Source of the DNA: Cyanidioschyzon merolae
Taxonomy: Eukaryota
Length of the DNA: 64,000 bases
Direction: 5' to 3' (one strand)
Assembly (NCBI GenBank): GCA_000091205.1
Contig: AP006485.2
In this document: piece by piece, positions 44,373-56,121 of the stretch
Numbering within the stretch: the stretch's first letter is position 1
Layout of the letters: the number at the start of each line of letters is the position of its first letter
Notes under the pieces: model-generated
Told to the model about the DNA's origin: nothing
Database searches by the model: none
What the model saw: the letters and a program-made list of their open reading frames with translations, nothing else
Made by a program: the position numbers and the translations under genes

Positions 44373-47354
44373 TTAACCAGTGCGAGCGTAGAGTCCGCGT
44401 TCGTAACGAACGCAACCAGCGTCCAGCAATCTATTCAAACATGCCGCAACATCGCCGAGCGTCCCACGAAACGGTGGATCCGTACAGAACATGGTCAGCA
44501 TTTGGTGCATGCGCTCCAATGTCAGAGATTCGAAGTTGGCAAGCATGCCGAGAATATAGTTGCCAATCACCTCCTCGGTATTATCGTCCTTGTCTTGGAT
44601 CTTTTCGGTCGCAGGGCCAGGTACAGCGCTCAGCGCGTCTGCAATGGGATCTATCTGGGTAGCATCGATAGGAGACGCTTGCCATTCCCGCGTATTTGGC
44701 TCGGTTCCTCCGTGCTCAACGATTTCATAGAAATCACCTTCGTCGACGAGACGCAGGATTCCATGGCGAGACCAGAAACGGAGCGCGCCTTGGAGAAGCG
44801 CGTCATACGGCGGCAACGAAGATGCCGCATCAGGCGTAGCATCTCCGCCGGGTTCAAGCAGGAAAAGCTTCTGCCTGAGCGCATTCCGACTCCAGCGTGG
44901 TTGTTCAGCGAAAAGCTCCAAGAGCATTGCATTCAGAAGCGGGACGTTCGTAAACTCCACATGGCGGCCATCAGCAAATTCGAGCTCCAGATCGCAAACT
45001 CCTGCTACTGGAATCCAGTGCAGGACTCGGGGCGCTCGCTGGCGCGCGAAACTCTCCTGGCATAAGCGGATGAACTGCTCGAGATCCGCATTCAAGTGAT
45101 GGGCATAACTTTTGAGGGTTGCAAAGTACTCCGATCCGGTCAGATTCGGAGCAAGCAGCGACTGAGTGCGTTCAGGTGGCCCAAAGTGAGTCCCCGCCTC
45201 GGGGCACAGCAAAGGCCAATAGAGGTATGAGATGAACACTAGTTCTGTTTGCTGCTTGGAGTCTAGTTCCATGTGTTTTTCTTGGCGAATAAAATTCATG
45301 AAACGTCGGGAATCCGAGATATCCTTGAGCATAATGTCTGCATCGTTCAGGCTGGTCTCTCCGAGGCGGACCTTGAGCACCTCCAGGTTACGTACGAGAA
45401 GCTCAAACTCATAATCCATGACGGTGGTCAGTTTTCGTGCAAGGTAAAACTGAAACTCAGCTATGAAACGCTCCCGTCCTCCACACACACCCATGAGGAT
45501 GTGCAGGATATCGTGTTGGGCAAAACGATGCGCAATCTGTCCGCGGGTCTCCAGACCAGAGACGGAGAACATGCCATCGGACGAAGCTGGGTCGGCGTCC
45601 GTCTCTGACCTGCTATCGTCGGTATCGTCGGAGGAGGCATCCTCGAGGTGGGTATATGCATGGAACCTTGGGCCCGGACAATGATCTATTTGCTGTTGCT
45701 GTTGCTGTTGCTGCCCATTCAGGGCGAAAAGTTCCGCGTACTCGGGACTCGTGAACAGCTCCACCAGGCGCGTCATGGCTTCGGGGCACTGTCTACGCAA
45801 ATACTGTCGCACCAGGGTCGTAGCTCGCGCAAGCAGATATCCATGAGGATCAACCAGGAGCAAAGACTGTATCGTATTCACAAAATGGTGCAAGATATCA
45901 CTCGTAGAGGCACCAGGATGCAGGAGTCGTCGTTCCAGTTGGCTACACAAACTCTGGGTTGTTTCCTGGAGTGCATCTGTGCTCTCAAGGCACCGCCGTA
46001 TATCCAAAAGCGGTGCTTTTGAGGCTGGATATTCAACGATAAGATCAAAAAGCTGCGATAAGCGCGCATGGAGCAGCGTCTCATGGGTGAAATAACCTAC
46101 CTTGCGCTCAAACGCTGAACCACTGGTGGACTGCACGCCTTCTCTCATAGATATTTCAGCATCTGGAGGATCGAGCGGCATCACAGCTACCCATGGTTGT
46201 AGAAGCTTCTGGACCCATGCGAGCAGGTCGTCGAGAACGCCTTCGTGAAGCTCATCCCGCGCAAGCCGGTAAGCTCGCTCTTCAATAGACTCGTAGATCT
46301 GAACTACAACGAGGTCTCTCCATTGATCTAGGAGCCCCAGCACAGCAAGCTGCCTCTCGAGGTCCGCTAGCAGTAGTGGAACTGCTTGGGCGCAATCTCC
46401 TTCAGAGCGTAGGTGGCGCTGCTGTGCTCTCAGCGAGTCATACTGGCTGGGTACATGCCCGAGTTCGTCCGAGTTTCCTGTAACCACTTGTTCTTCAGCG
46501 TCCTGGAGCGCCCAAACAAACATACTGCGTACAAGGCGTCGCATCGCCGTTTGCGTCACTTGCTGTAGGATGACGGCCTGTGCATCGACGGAGAGCGCAC
46601 CCCGCCAGTAGAGCCGCCTAGATGGATCTAGACGCTCAGCCACGACGTCCATGACTTGAAGTGCTTGTTCGAGCAGTTCTGCAGCCTCCGCGATACACGC
46701 TCTCGTAGCCGCTGGGTCGAAGCTCGTCGGGGTGTCGCAGTCCGCAGTCCCGGTTAGACGCTTCCTCGAGTCGTTCCAGGGAGCGCAGGTGCTATGGGTG
46801 CACCCAAGCACCGGCTCCAGAAGCGCTTCCCAAACTTGTTCTCGCACGAATTCCTTCAAAAATAATACCGCATAGCGACAAAAAGGAACTGAGGCGCGTT
46901 GCGATGTAGACACGAGCCACCGGAGTGCATCCTTGAGCTGCTGCCTCTCCACAGTCGAGTGCTGCGTTGGGTGTCTTCGCTCCAGCAGTGCTTCCTGGAG
47001 ATGGTGCACTGCGGTCTCCCAAGCGTCAGGCAGTGATCGTGAGGTTTCTGGCAACTCCTGACTTGACTGCATCGCAGTCAGCGTCTCGTCAACGTTGCTC
47101 AGCGCAAGCGAACCGCCCGCAGCCGGCACCCGGAGCGACGCTCGTACCGGCTTGTGCTCAACGAGACCGCCTCCAGCGTGACTTTCTGACTTCCAGCGGT
47201 GTCGTTCCGGTGCTCTCACGGAAGGTGTCGGACAACAGTTCACCGTTTGGAACCAAGTTGCTCCGTTGACGCTCGAGCCGGTGCTCGATAACGTCCTCAC
47301 CTGAACCAAAGCGTGCAAACGAGTCGTTACGTTCCGGCTCGGCCGGGCAGGCAC
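44373..47354 (-). CDS. anaphase-promoting complex subunit 2 (APC2; cullin-homology + C-terminal winged-helix)
   Basis: 993-aa ORF. The cullin-homology segment is FIAEFQFYLARKLTTVMDYEFELLVRNLEVLKVRLGETSLNDADIMLKDISDSRRFM (cullin pattern F..fY...LAkRLL....s.d.E..ml.kLK..cG). The APC2-type C-terminus is LANFESLTLERMHQMLTMFCTDPPFRGTLGDVAACLNRLLDAGCVRYERGLY. There is an internal poly-Q. Confidence 0.65.
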   Translation of the reverse strand: MPARPSRNVTTRLHALVQVRTLSSTGSSVNGATWFQTVNCCPTPSVRAPERHRWKSESHAGGGLVEHKPVRASLRVPAAGGSLALSNVDETLTAMQSSQELPETSRSLPDAWETAVHHLQEALLERRHPTQHSTVERQQLKDALRWLVSTSQRASVPFCRYAVLFLKEFVREQVWEALLEPVLGCTHSTCAPWNDSRKRLTGTADCDTPTSFDPAATRACIAEAAELLEQALQVMDVVAERLDPSRRLYWRGALSVDAQAVILQQVTQTAMRRLVRSMFVWALQDAEEQVVTGNSDELGHVPSQYDSLRAQQRHLRSEGDCAQAVPLLLADLERQLAVLGLLDQWRDLVVVQIYESIEERAYRLARDELHEGVLDDLLAWVQKLLQPWVAVMPLDPPDAEISMREGVQSTSGSAFERKVGYFTHETLLHARLSQLFDLIVEYPASKAPLLDIRRCLESTDALQETTQSLCSQLERRLLHPGASTSDILHHFVNTIQSLLLVDPHGYLLARATTLVRQYLRRQCPEAMTRLVELFTSPEYAELFALNGQQQQQQQQIDHCPGPRFHAYTHLEDASSDDTDDSRSETDADPASSDGMFSVSGLETRGQIAHRFAQHDILHILMGVCGGRERFIAEFQFYLARKLTTVMDYEFELLVRNLEVLKVRLGETSLNDADIMLKDISDSRRFMNFIRQEKHMELDSKQQTELVFISYLYWPLLCPEAGTHFGPPERTQSLLAPNLTGSEYFATLKSYAHHLNADLEQFIRLCQESFARQRAPRVLHWIPVAGVCDLELEFADGRHVEFTNVPLLNAMLLELFAEQPRWSRNALRQKLFLLEPGGDATPDAASSLPPYDALLQGALRFWSRHGILRLVDEGDFYEIVEHGGTEPNTREWQASPIDATQIDPIADALSAVPGPATEKIQDKDDNTEEVIGNYILGMLANFESLTLERMHQMLTMFCTDPPFRGTLGDVAACLNRLLDAGCVRYERGLYARTG

Positions 47355-47747
47355 GCCGGAGCAGCGTTTCGGGCGCTATACCAAGCAGCGTGCCTTGCCT
47401 GTAGCGATCCTTCGATCTGATAGTTCATCTGCTTTTACTACCTATATAGAGGTGGTTACTCGTCACGTGCGTGAAGCAGCGCACAGTGCCGCTCATTAGC
47501 AACGCTGGACAGCGGCTCGGCTGAACGTTCCGGGTTCCTGGTACCCGACACGAGGTCGGTTGTTCGCACCCAGCTGTGGGGAACCGCCCGCTAACCGCTG
47601 ACGTTCGAGTCTCGTTGTGTACAGTTTCCTTAAGTAAGATTGTTGAATCTTGCTCGCACTCGTTAGAACGGCGTGCTCAACGCTGAAGCGTTTGGACGGG
47701 TTTCGCTTTTGCGGTACGTAGGTCAGCGATTGCTTTACCGTTGCCCT
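47355..47747. promoter_or_regulatory. putative bidirectional promoter interval (APC2 <-> alpha/beta hydrolase)
   Basis: Divergent start codons ~320-390 bp apart. Inference only. Confidence 0.25.
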
Positions 47748-48494
47748 ATGGAAGAAGCTACCGACGACCACGTGGAGCGTGTGGTACACATACCTGTCAG
47801 TCCAAGTGTCACTTTGCAGGCATGGTTGTTCCAGAGCAGAAGCGCTGGTGCTTCCGAACGAGGAGTCGTACTGATGCATCCCCATCCGAAACTCGGCGGT
47901 GACGCTCGTTCGAACAACGTCATGAGTGTGCTGTGTACGAGCCTGGCCAGCTCGAAAAACTATGCCCTTACTGTGCTTTCTTTCAACTCACGCGGGCATG
48001 GCGGATCAACAGGTACCGCAACCTGGCGAGGTGAAGCGGAGCGGGAGGATGTTCTCGGCGCGGCACGTTGGCTTCACGCGCGTCTTGGTGACTCGTCGGC
48101 GATCATCATCATCGGCTACTCGTTTGGTGCAGCGGTCTGTAGTTCCGCCATAGGGCAGCTGTGCAAGAATGCTGGCGGCGTACCGCCCTGGCTAGCTGCA
48201 CTGGTGGTGATCTCGTATCCGGCAGGCTTTCTCTCCCGACTCGTTTTGGGTTGTCACCTGGAGCCCACAAAATATGTCACTGTGCCCAAACTCTTCATTC
48301 ACGGTGGTAGGGATCAGTTTTGCTCCTCCGGAACGTTTGAGTGGTTGTTTGCGCAGGTTCAAGAACCCAAAGATCGTGTGTTTTTCCCTGAGGCAGATCA
48401 TTTTTGGGTTGGCATGGAGGATGAGTTGGCGCACACGGTGTGTATGTGGCTGCAAAGTTGTCTCGCTCGTCGAAATTTACGTAACTCTCAATGA
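47673..48494 (+). CDS. alpha/beta-hydrolase fold protein (serine esterase type); possible start at the Met at 47748 (MEEATDD...)
   Basis: 273-aa ORF with nucleophile elbow IIGYSFGAAV (GxSxG) and downstream conserved D and H in ...GGRDQFC... / ...ADHFWVGME... Confidence 0.6.
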   Translation: MLNAEAFGRVSLLRYVGQRLLYRCPMEEATDDHVERVVHIPVSPSVTLQAWLFQSRSAGASERGVVLMHPHPKLGGDARSNNVMSVLCTSLASSKNYALTVLSFNSRGHGGSTGTATWRGEAEREDVLGAARWLHARLGDSSAIIIIGYSFGAAVCSSAIGQLCKNAGGVPPWLAALVVISYPAGFLSRLVLGCHLEPTKYVTVPKLFIHGGRDQFCSSGTFEWLFAQVQEPKDRVFFPEADHFWVGMEDELAHTVCMWLQSCLARRNLRNSQ

Positions 48495-51400
48495 AAAGCA
48501 CCGCTCATCATGCTATTGCATCACGATTCTGCTTCTTTGAATCCGGTGGAATCGGGGCTTTTTAGTAGCTCGTGCATCCTGTTTTGGTGTTGCTGTTGCT
48601 GTTGCTCCTGGGATTCTAGCTATGTCTTCGGCGCTGTAATGACTGGTTCGTGAACGGAGAACAAATGGAGTGAGCATTCGAATGACCCGAGCACATTCCC
48701 TTTCCGACAATTGGCATTGCAGGTCCTGTGAAATTTTCCACATGTGCCACTGGTCTGAAGCTATCACGTGATGCGTGAAGGCGGGACCTCGTCAACGACA
48801 TGCGAGCGTCCTTTGGGTGAATACCCGCTGATACCGCTCAGGCGTTTGCGTGTCGTGCGACTGCCAGTTATGCGGTATTCCCTGCAGCCGTGACTGCTTC
48901 TGGTACAACGCCAACAGCTGGTTCTGCCTGCGCTGTCGTTGGTCACGTCTACCATGAATGCTTGTTCACTAACTGCCCGTTCATATGCGCGTCATGCTGG
49001 AGCAACCGCCAGAGCTAGCCCTAACGTTGCTCGCGTTCGCCATGAATACTGCTTAATCACCGTTGCGTTCACTAGGACATACTGCACTAGTTACCAGCAG
49101 TGCTGCGTTGGCTGTCGCTTGCTTCCACCGCTACTTCTGCTTCAGCTTCTTCGCAATCGAGTTTGCATAGTACAGCAGCGACCGCGGGCGCTGCCCCTGC
49201 TCTCGCGAGCGTCGAGCGTGGCTGCGCTATGGGCATGTTCGCGTTCGGATGCGCGTAGTATAGCTACATCTTCTGTTGCATGCCAAACGTCGCACGGCGT
49301 CCCAGCTTCCAAAGCAACTGATACGTGATGTTTAGGAAGCATCTGGTTGGGGTACGCGTCGAACTTCGATTGCCGTATCCGTACGCTTCGTCGGCGCAGA
49401 CACAATGCGCTCCCACGGCGTCTCCGTTTTCATGGACTTCTTCTCGTTCGCCCGGGTAATGCTGCATCCTGCATAAATATGCTTGTGCCTCTGAAACTCC
49501 TAGTGCAGTCGTAGAAAATCCGGGTCAGCATGGTGTAGCATCCCCGACATCCTACAGACAACAACGAAGCACTTCATGGAGGTCTTTCTGAACCACGAAT
49601 AACGGAGTAAATGCGTCTCATGCATCCTCAGAGGATCAAGAGCATCTCCAAACAAACGTCTGGCGCTGCGCGACGTCCATCGAAGAACTCCTGCCATACG
49701 GCAAACTACACAAAAGTATGCCGATCACATCCTTCGTATTACTTTCCAGGAATCATATTCGAACGAACCCTCTAATATCTGTCGTACGATATCGGGGCTT
49801 GATGCCCGCATCGCGAGATTCTGAAGAGAAGCGAGCGCGTTGCGAGCGCACCACGGAAACAGCGCGACGGGACACGTCACCGGACAGATTATTCCATTTA
49901 TGTCGCATATCTGATATTTGCAGCACGATGCATGACGCCTGCACGCAGCGCGATTCCCGCCTGAGACACGTGTCTGGATATCCCTTCTGGCGGCAGATCG
50001 ATTTCTCTAACAGGATTCTCACCGATGCGTCGTTGCTTTCACTTACCTGGAAAATAAGCCAACGATCTTATGCATCCGGCAACACAGATCACTTCATGTA
50101 CAGAAGTTCCATCAGTGATAGAGGTTGGATTGAGATCCACGATCCTGTCTGGGTGCGGGTACCCAGCGCAGGTGCTTGTTACGACACTGGATGCGCAATC
50201 ATCGCCCCCGTCATTGCCGGTTGGAAACCGTTCGACGAGCTATTGCCTTGGCGGGAGGCGGCTCATGGTACGTGCGTTGAATGCGCTGGTGCCTCATCTA
50301 CTCCATGTCAGAATAAATTGGAACAGGTCCCCTATCTCGGGCGTACGCGCCCATGTTCAGATCTCTCCCAATTGTCATGAATACCCAGCTTTGGAAGCAT
50401 TTTCGGCGCCTGCTCCCTCATCCACGCTCTTGTCTCTGGCCTTGCATATGCCGGTCTTCCATGTCGACAGTGCTGTTGCAAGCAGTCAAGGGATGTAGGT
50501 GAAAGCGTACGAGGCCCAATTTCGCCGCCTTAGGTTGTTGTCCGAGCATACCTTGGAGAGGCGGAGGTTGCAATGTACGGATCCTTTGTGTATATACGGC
50601 ATCTGTGCGCCCTTCGCACCAGTGACACTTGGCCGTGGTCATGCGTTCGTGACTCTCGACCGCATGTTCTTCTCTGAAGCACGCCCTGTTGCGTGGTACG
50701 GCTCCAGAAGGCTCCCTTGGATGCAGTCCTGCGTTTGGGCACTTGGCTTGGCACCCCGTGATCCTAGGCTTTCACCGGGATCTCCATCCGGCGAGCTCAC
50801 TGTCCGCTGCACGCGCAAGCGCACGCTGTTCCATTTATGATGGGTTTTCGGACCTCGATTTTGTCCATAATGGCACCAGTACCGTAGGGAATATCCAGGT
50901 AGGAGAACAAGTCGAGCACTGTCGAACGGTATACGCTCTGTTCTTGCAACGCGATACTGCACCCTGCACTGGGTGAGATCGCTGTGATGACACAAGTCCG
51001 AGTCCAGGATGCTTTTCGACATTAACGGACTAGACGACAGCATCTGGGACATGTCCCGCGAGAAGCATCATGCTGGTGCTGTCGAAAGCCATGTTGTGGA
51101 TAGCCAAAAATGTAGAGGTGGATACGCCATTCGAACAATGCCTTGAAAAAAAGGTAACTTGAAGAATGCGTGATTTGAGCGATCTACAAGTTAGTAAAGA
51201 AGAGTACTGGGTGCTTGTATGTATGGATTCGATCATGATTTGGGTCATTTGGAGAACTCTTGTTCGAGGATGTCACGAATCGTCTTCATTCCGGTTTCAT
51301 CATTAATCCTAGAGGCAGGACTTCGATATGGCTTCTCTAAAAACTCCAACGCGAATCCTGAACCAACGTGCAAATCCGTAGGCTCTTTTAGCAGCACGTC

Positions 51401-51934
51401 GAGAATCGAGATTGCATACAGAGAAAGTTCGGATATCGCCAAAAAACCAGGAAAGGAGCAAGTGTTCAAGCGCTCTCTCATATTCTGACTGATGTATTGC
51501 ATGTCTCCCGAGGCGCACTCAACGCCTGTCGGTTCACCGTCGAAATGGAATGTGTTTGTAGAGTTATGCAAGCTCTCCCGGTGATGCACATGATTTGGCC
51601 CTCATGCCCGCCTCTGGTCTTTCAACTCAGTATTGTTTCACCCCTGCTGTGGTGTATGGCAGGCGATCGAAATCCCGATGCAAAGCACTGGAGAGATCGT
51701 GGACGAACTGCCTGTAGGATATGTATTCTTCATTGAACAGTTCAAGGAGGAATGCATTCCTGCTTCCAGTCGGTCATACCGTAGTTCTCAGATAGTTGGC
51801 GAGCGACGACAGAAATAAGCTTAGAGGATCCGCCCCAAAACTGGTATTGACAAAGACTGCCTGCAGTCGATGGTAGATAACGACCCGTTGATCACGTTAC
51901 GGAAAGCAAAAGCGACTCTAGCAGACACATCGGC

Positions 51935-53028
51935 ATGTCTGTGTGTCAACAGCTAGTTGGTGCCGTCCTGAAATCGCTCGGATACCGTCGCAAAAACAGA
52001 GTCCTAGTTCATTCACGGCCATCTTCCATTGAAGTCGCAACGACAGCCTTCTTCCTGGAACGTCGCGATCGGTATGATCCAAAAAGACGTCGGTTCGTTT
52101 TTCCACTCGATGAGACATGTTACGGAAGAAACGGTCAGAGCGTATATGTGTGTTCGCAGAAATGTCCCGTAGTGTGCACTATCGAGCTCGAAGAGATCTA
52201 TGACATCATCATCTGATCTAGCTGCAGTGGATTCCATTTGCGGCCTCAGTTCTTTTCTCTCGTAGAGAAGGCTCATACAACAGCACCCTCTTTTTGTCGA
52301 GTCATCGAAGACTGTTCCCCTGGTGTCTGGCGACGTCCTCCTATTAAAGGACATGTTATTTCACTATTCGCGTTACGGTCGAGCTGTTGCAGACTGTATT
52401 GGTTAGAGCTGGTTTCATTCCTCCGTACTCTGCGTCGTTCAATTCCGTCGAAGGAGCGTTTTCCATCGTGAGACGTAATGATCGTTTCACTGAGCGAATT
52501 GATGAAGCATTCAGCACACGGTGACATACCGGGGCTTTTTTTCTTTCTGCCTCAATTGCTGCTCGATGCGGGAAGGTCCTTATCTCTGGCTATAAACAAG
52601 TGCGTTCATTTTCGAAAACCACTAAGAGATGAGCTTGGATATATACTCTAGGACGTCGAGTTGTAGAGAGAGGGATGCGCAGGGCTTCTGCGATAGACTA
52701 ATACGGAGAGCTGGCAGAGCACCAAGTTCCAATGAGGACGCGAGTTCGAGGAATCCCTGCACTGGTGAGAACAACAAGACGCATCAAACGCATGGAGGTT
52801 ATGAAGCGAAACTTCGATGCCACCGTCAACGTCAGACGATGCTTGGTGCTGAAGACGATACCCGAGGAGCTGACGCGATCTACCCCTGTGGGATGGCGTC
52901 TCAGGCTCGAAATTTGCAAGGAGAAACTGAAACAGATAGCAGACGGCGGGTCAATCAAAACCGGGAGGCGTCTGCGGGCCGGTATCAATTTACCTTCCAT
53001 GCTCGTGGGACATTTTTTGTTTCACTGA
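51935..53028 (+). mobile_element. decayed TnpB/Fanzor-like gene, copy C (degenerate RuvC-I-like and RuvC-III segments ~800 nt apart)
   Basis: ORF 51935-52216 has RVLVHSRPSSIEVATTAF (51998-52051), which aligns to the RuvC-I-like DFVVGADPTNTNIVTVAV of copy D with the Asp lost. ORF 52732-53028 has IKRMEVMKRNFDATVNVRRCLVLKTIPEELTR (motif at 52804-52833), which aligns to GKQRMEFVNRDFNAAINTRRCAVMERRPPELTR of copy D. The 3' 200 nt are ~75% identical to copy B. Confidence 0.5.
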
Positions 53029-53569
53029 CATGCAAAGTCACCGTTAGCTAGCAGGCGCTATGCATCAGTAGCTATAGACATGCAGGGGCTACTCCTAAGA
53101 AAGTTCTGGCGCCGAAGATCCAACTTGCAGTCTATTGCGTACCAGTGCAGAGGCCACACGATGACCAGAGTCTTCTGTTACGCCGAGGCTGACGATCATC
53201 GTGTTTTATATTGCAAATACCTTTGAGCCGGTTCCAACGGACGAACTTGACACAAACTCGATAGGCGCCGCTGCATACACTGATTCGTCGAGAGCCCCGT
53301 GAGGCGCGTTCCTCACGAGCCAGCATTGCGGCAGGTTTCGTCCAGAGCGTCCACCATCAAACTCTATCACTGACCATGAAGACGGGCTTACATAAGTTCA
53401 TCGATACCTCGTTTTCTCAAGCTACGGAAGGAACAAGCTGGAAACGAAAGCGTAACGGTTCGAGGTCAGCGCATGCCCGGCAGTGAACACTTCCCAGCAA
53501 GCAGCGAACACAGCGACGCGTTCAGGCAACGTCTGCGACAGGTCTTGAAGAAAACGGTACCGATCGATG

Positions 53570-55819
53570 CTATGCATCATCATAGCGACAGATTTCGAGC
53601 TCAGGGTCAAAATAAGCGAGCCCAGCTGCCTCCAGGCGTTCTTGCTTCGCAGCAAGCCCCTTGATCCAGTTGTTGTGCAGGATCGCAGCCGCAGGGGCGC
53701 CCTGGTCCGCCCTGTTCTGCACCCAATACGTCCAGTTTGCTCCATTGCGAAAGACTCGCGGATCCAGAAAATGCGTATAGAGATCTCCATTGAAACATGT
53801 TTTGTTGTCAAGCCGATATTCACCGTGTTCTCCGCAGAGCACATCGTAGAATGATGGCTGCTCTGAGAGCTGCGAAGAAGCGGCATGCTCCAGGATGCGA
53901 CTCAAACCTGTCACCGTTGACGCAGAGCTTACCGCGTAATAGAAACCAGAATTCAGGCGACGTATACCGTTCCACGCCTGGTCCGGATCCGGCTCATTAC
54001 TCTGGAACCACACGCTCCGACCGCTGATGTTCGGTGGCGCAGCGTCGCGTGCCCGCAGCAGCTCTGGACGAACGTCACGAAACCAGGTAATATCGACATC
54101 ACTCCAGAGGACGTCATGCCCCCGTCGTAATATCTCATACACGTGTCGGGACTTGAGCTTCGAGCGGTGCCGAAAACAGGCGCTACCGAAAGCGCACTGT
54201 AGCGAATGTCGATATTGCGAATCGATTAGGGCTGGTTCCAGGTACACAGCCAAGCCTCGTGCATATGCGTATCGATAGAGGTCTTCGTCTAGCGCAGCGA
54301 CAAGCAATTTGTGAATGCGTAAACGACGCAAATTACAGACAAAGTTCATGAGCAGGAAGCGATACTCGTAGGTTGCGGCAGTCATGATCACAAGATTGGT
54401 CATCGGATCCACGACCTCCTTCAGCAATGCATCCAGCTGATGAGCAAGCTTGCCCTGAAGCGGCAGGCGGTAATCGCCAGCCTCTTCGAGGCTGCGCGAG
54501 CCACACTGCCACCATTTGTTCTCGCGGAGCACTGGATCCGTTTGTGTTCGAGGTGCAGTATTGCTGTACTCGCAGAGGCAACGCGCTGGGAAACGACGCT
54601 GTATCACACAGTACTCGTGTTCCAGGCACGGAACCAGTTTGAAGGGCGCGTGCAGCGGTGTGCCCAGTTGGCTTTCATAGGATCCGTATGCCAGCGCCAA
54701 ATGAACATTCAGAAAAGCCTCCCACGAGTGACGTTTGTTGTTCGTCCAAAAATTCCCACTCGTCGACGCATCCTCAACTTGAAGATGTGGATATGCGTGG
54801 CGAACGTGAACCAGTGTGGCGGCCTCCGTGATGTCCACAGTGAGGTTCCAGCGACGCGTCTGCAAGATTTCATGAAAGAGCCAATTATCGTACTTACCTC
54901 GGCCGAAAACGAAGCTCGGAATCCGCACTCCGATCACAGACCGATTTCCGGAGCTTGAAGCGTCGCTATCCAGCAAGTCCTGATACGAGCGCAGCGACCA
55001 TGCGAACAGATCAATGCCTCCGTAGCTGTGCAGTGTGCCGTGTTCCTGTGCGAAGGCCTCTCGGCTGTTGCCCGGGTGCAGGACGTCGACGTCCCATCGT
55101 GCGGCAACAGCGAAAAATTCCGGTGACAAAGCCAAGAGTTTTGCGAATATTTGCGGCAGATTCCGCGGCAGGTGCACGTCGGCGTTCACCAGAAGCCCAA
55201 CTACCAGCCTTGCCGATGCACCGAGACCTCGTAGTGCCAGTCGCGGTTGCAGCGCGAATGCACGATGTACCATTGCGTTGAAAAGCGGAACACCCCGGAA
55301 GTTCACGTCAATGTTGCAATCGACTGTCGCATTCCAATGGTGTGCAAGCTGCTCCAGACCTGGATCGCAGCCCTGAAAGACGATTTTGGGTGTTGGTTCC
55401 AGGTCCATCCAGGATGCAATGGCCTGTGCCTGACGCGATATCTCCGAAACTTGCGCATCCGGCCTCATGGTGGTGAAGATGACGAGTTGCGGCAGGAGCT
55501 GTGCCTCCTGCGCATGCTCGTCGCCTACACTGGTCCTATTCCGCGTCCTGGCTTGTTCGAGGAAGTTTTCCGTGGTCTCCTTGGGTGACTCCTTGCCATC
55601 CAGAGATAGGAGAGCGTTTCGCTCCGCTAGTTTTTGTCGTTGTCGCGGCATAGTTATCCAAAGGCAACCCCAAAGCACTAAACCTAGCATAATAATACCA
55701 GTAAGACGACGCGGGCACAGCCTATACCGTGCAGAACGGAACCACTTGTGCTCGGAGTGCTCACGGCAGGTGAGCAAACCCCTCAAAGCCGCTTCCCGAG
55801 CACGCGAACTCTTCGACAT
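53570..55819 (-). CDS. type II membrane glycosyltransferase with a C-terminal Nucleotid_trans (nucleotide-diphospho-sugar transferase, PF03407-like) domain; start at the internal Met (MSKSSRAREA...)
   Basis: After a short basic N-terminus there is a TM (IIMLGLVLWGCLWITM). The C-terminal half reads LVIMTAATYEYRFLLMNFVCNLRRLRIHKLLVAALDEDLYRYA...HDVLWSDVDITWFRDV...LNSGFYYA, i.e. the DxD-containing Nucleotid_trans pattern. The full ORF runs to 56233 but that part overlaps the divergent WD40 gene, so 55819 is the preferred start. Confidence 0.6.
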   Translation of the reverse strand: MSKSSRAREAALRGLLTCREHSEHKWFRSARYRLCPRRLTGIIMLGLVLWGCLWITMPRQRQKLAERNALLSLDGKESPKETTENFLEQARTRNRTSVGDEHAQEAQLLPQLVIFTTMRPDAQVSEISRQAQAIASWMDLEPTPKIVFQGCDPGLEQLAHHWNATVDCNIDVNFRGVPLFNAMVHRAFALQPRLALRGLGASARLVVGLLVNADVHLPRNLPQIFAKLLALSPEFFAVAARWDVDVLHPGNSREAFAQEHGTLHSYGGIDLFAWSLRSYQDLLDSDASSSGNRSVIGVRIPSFVFGRGKYDNWLFHEILQTRRWNLTVDITEAATLVHVRHAYPHLQVEDASTSGNFWTNNKRHSWEAFLNVHLALAYGSYESQLGTPLHAPFKLVPCLEHEYCVIQRRFPARCLCEYSNTAPRTQTDPVLRENKWWQCGSRSLEEAGDYRLPLQGKLAHQLDALLKEVVDPMTNLVIMTAATYEYRFLLMNFVCNLRRLRIHKLLVAALDEDLYRYAYARGLAVYLEPALIDSQYRHSLQCAFGSACFRHRSKLKSRHVYEILRRGHDVLWSDVDITWFRDVRPELLRARDAAPPNISGRSVWFQSNEPDPDQAWNGIRRLNSGFYYAVSSASTVTGLSRILEHAASSQLSEQPSFYDVLCGEHGEYRLDNKTCFNGDLYTHFLDPRVFRNGANWTYWVQNRADQGAPAAAILHNNWIKGLAAKQERLEAAGLAYFDPELEICRYDDA

Positions 55820-56121
55820 AACCCTTCGGTGGGAGCTGCTCTTCTGCACCACCGAAGCCTGTGTTGTCGCTTTTGAGCGCAAGTCCACAGAGGGCTCATC
55901 GACAAAGCGTCCCCTACCATACTCTCCGAAACGAAGCCGAAGCATACAAACAGCAACGTTGCGCCCATGACAGCTGGCCCCCCGAACATTTGAACGGGAA
56001 ACCGCAAGATTATCTGCGGTACAACACGAGCCAAGCTGCTGGCTCTGTGGGTATAGGACGCGTACCAGAGACTCCCATCGAACGCGAATTTGTAGCTGAT
56101 GCCCCGACACTTCTACGGAGG
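55820..56121. promoter_or_regulatory. putative bidirectional promoter between the glycosyltransferase and AAMP-like genes
   Basis: Using the internal Met starts, the two divergent CDSs are separated by ~300 bp. The upstream in-frame ORF extensions of the two genes overlap each other here, which argues they are not both coding. Confidence 0.3.
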
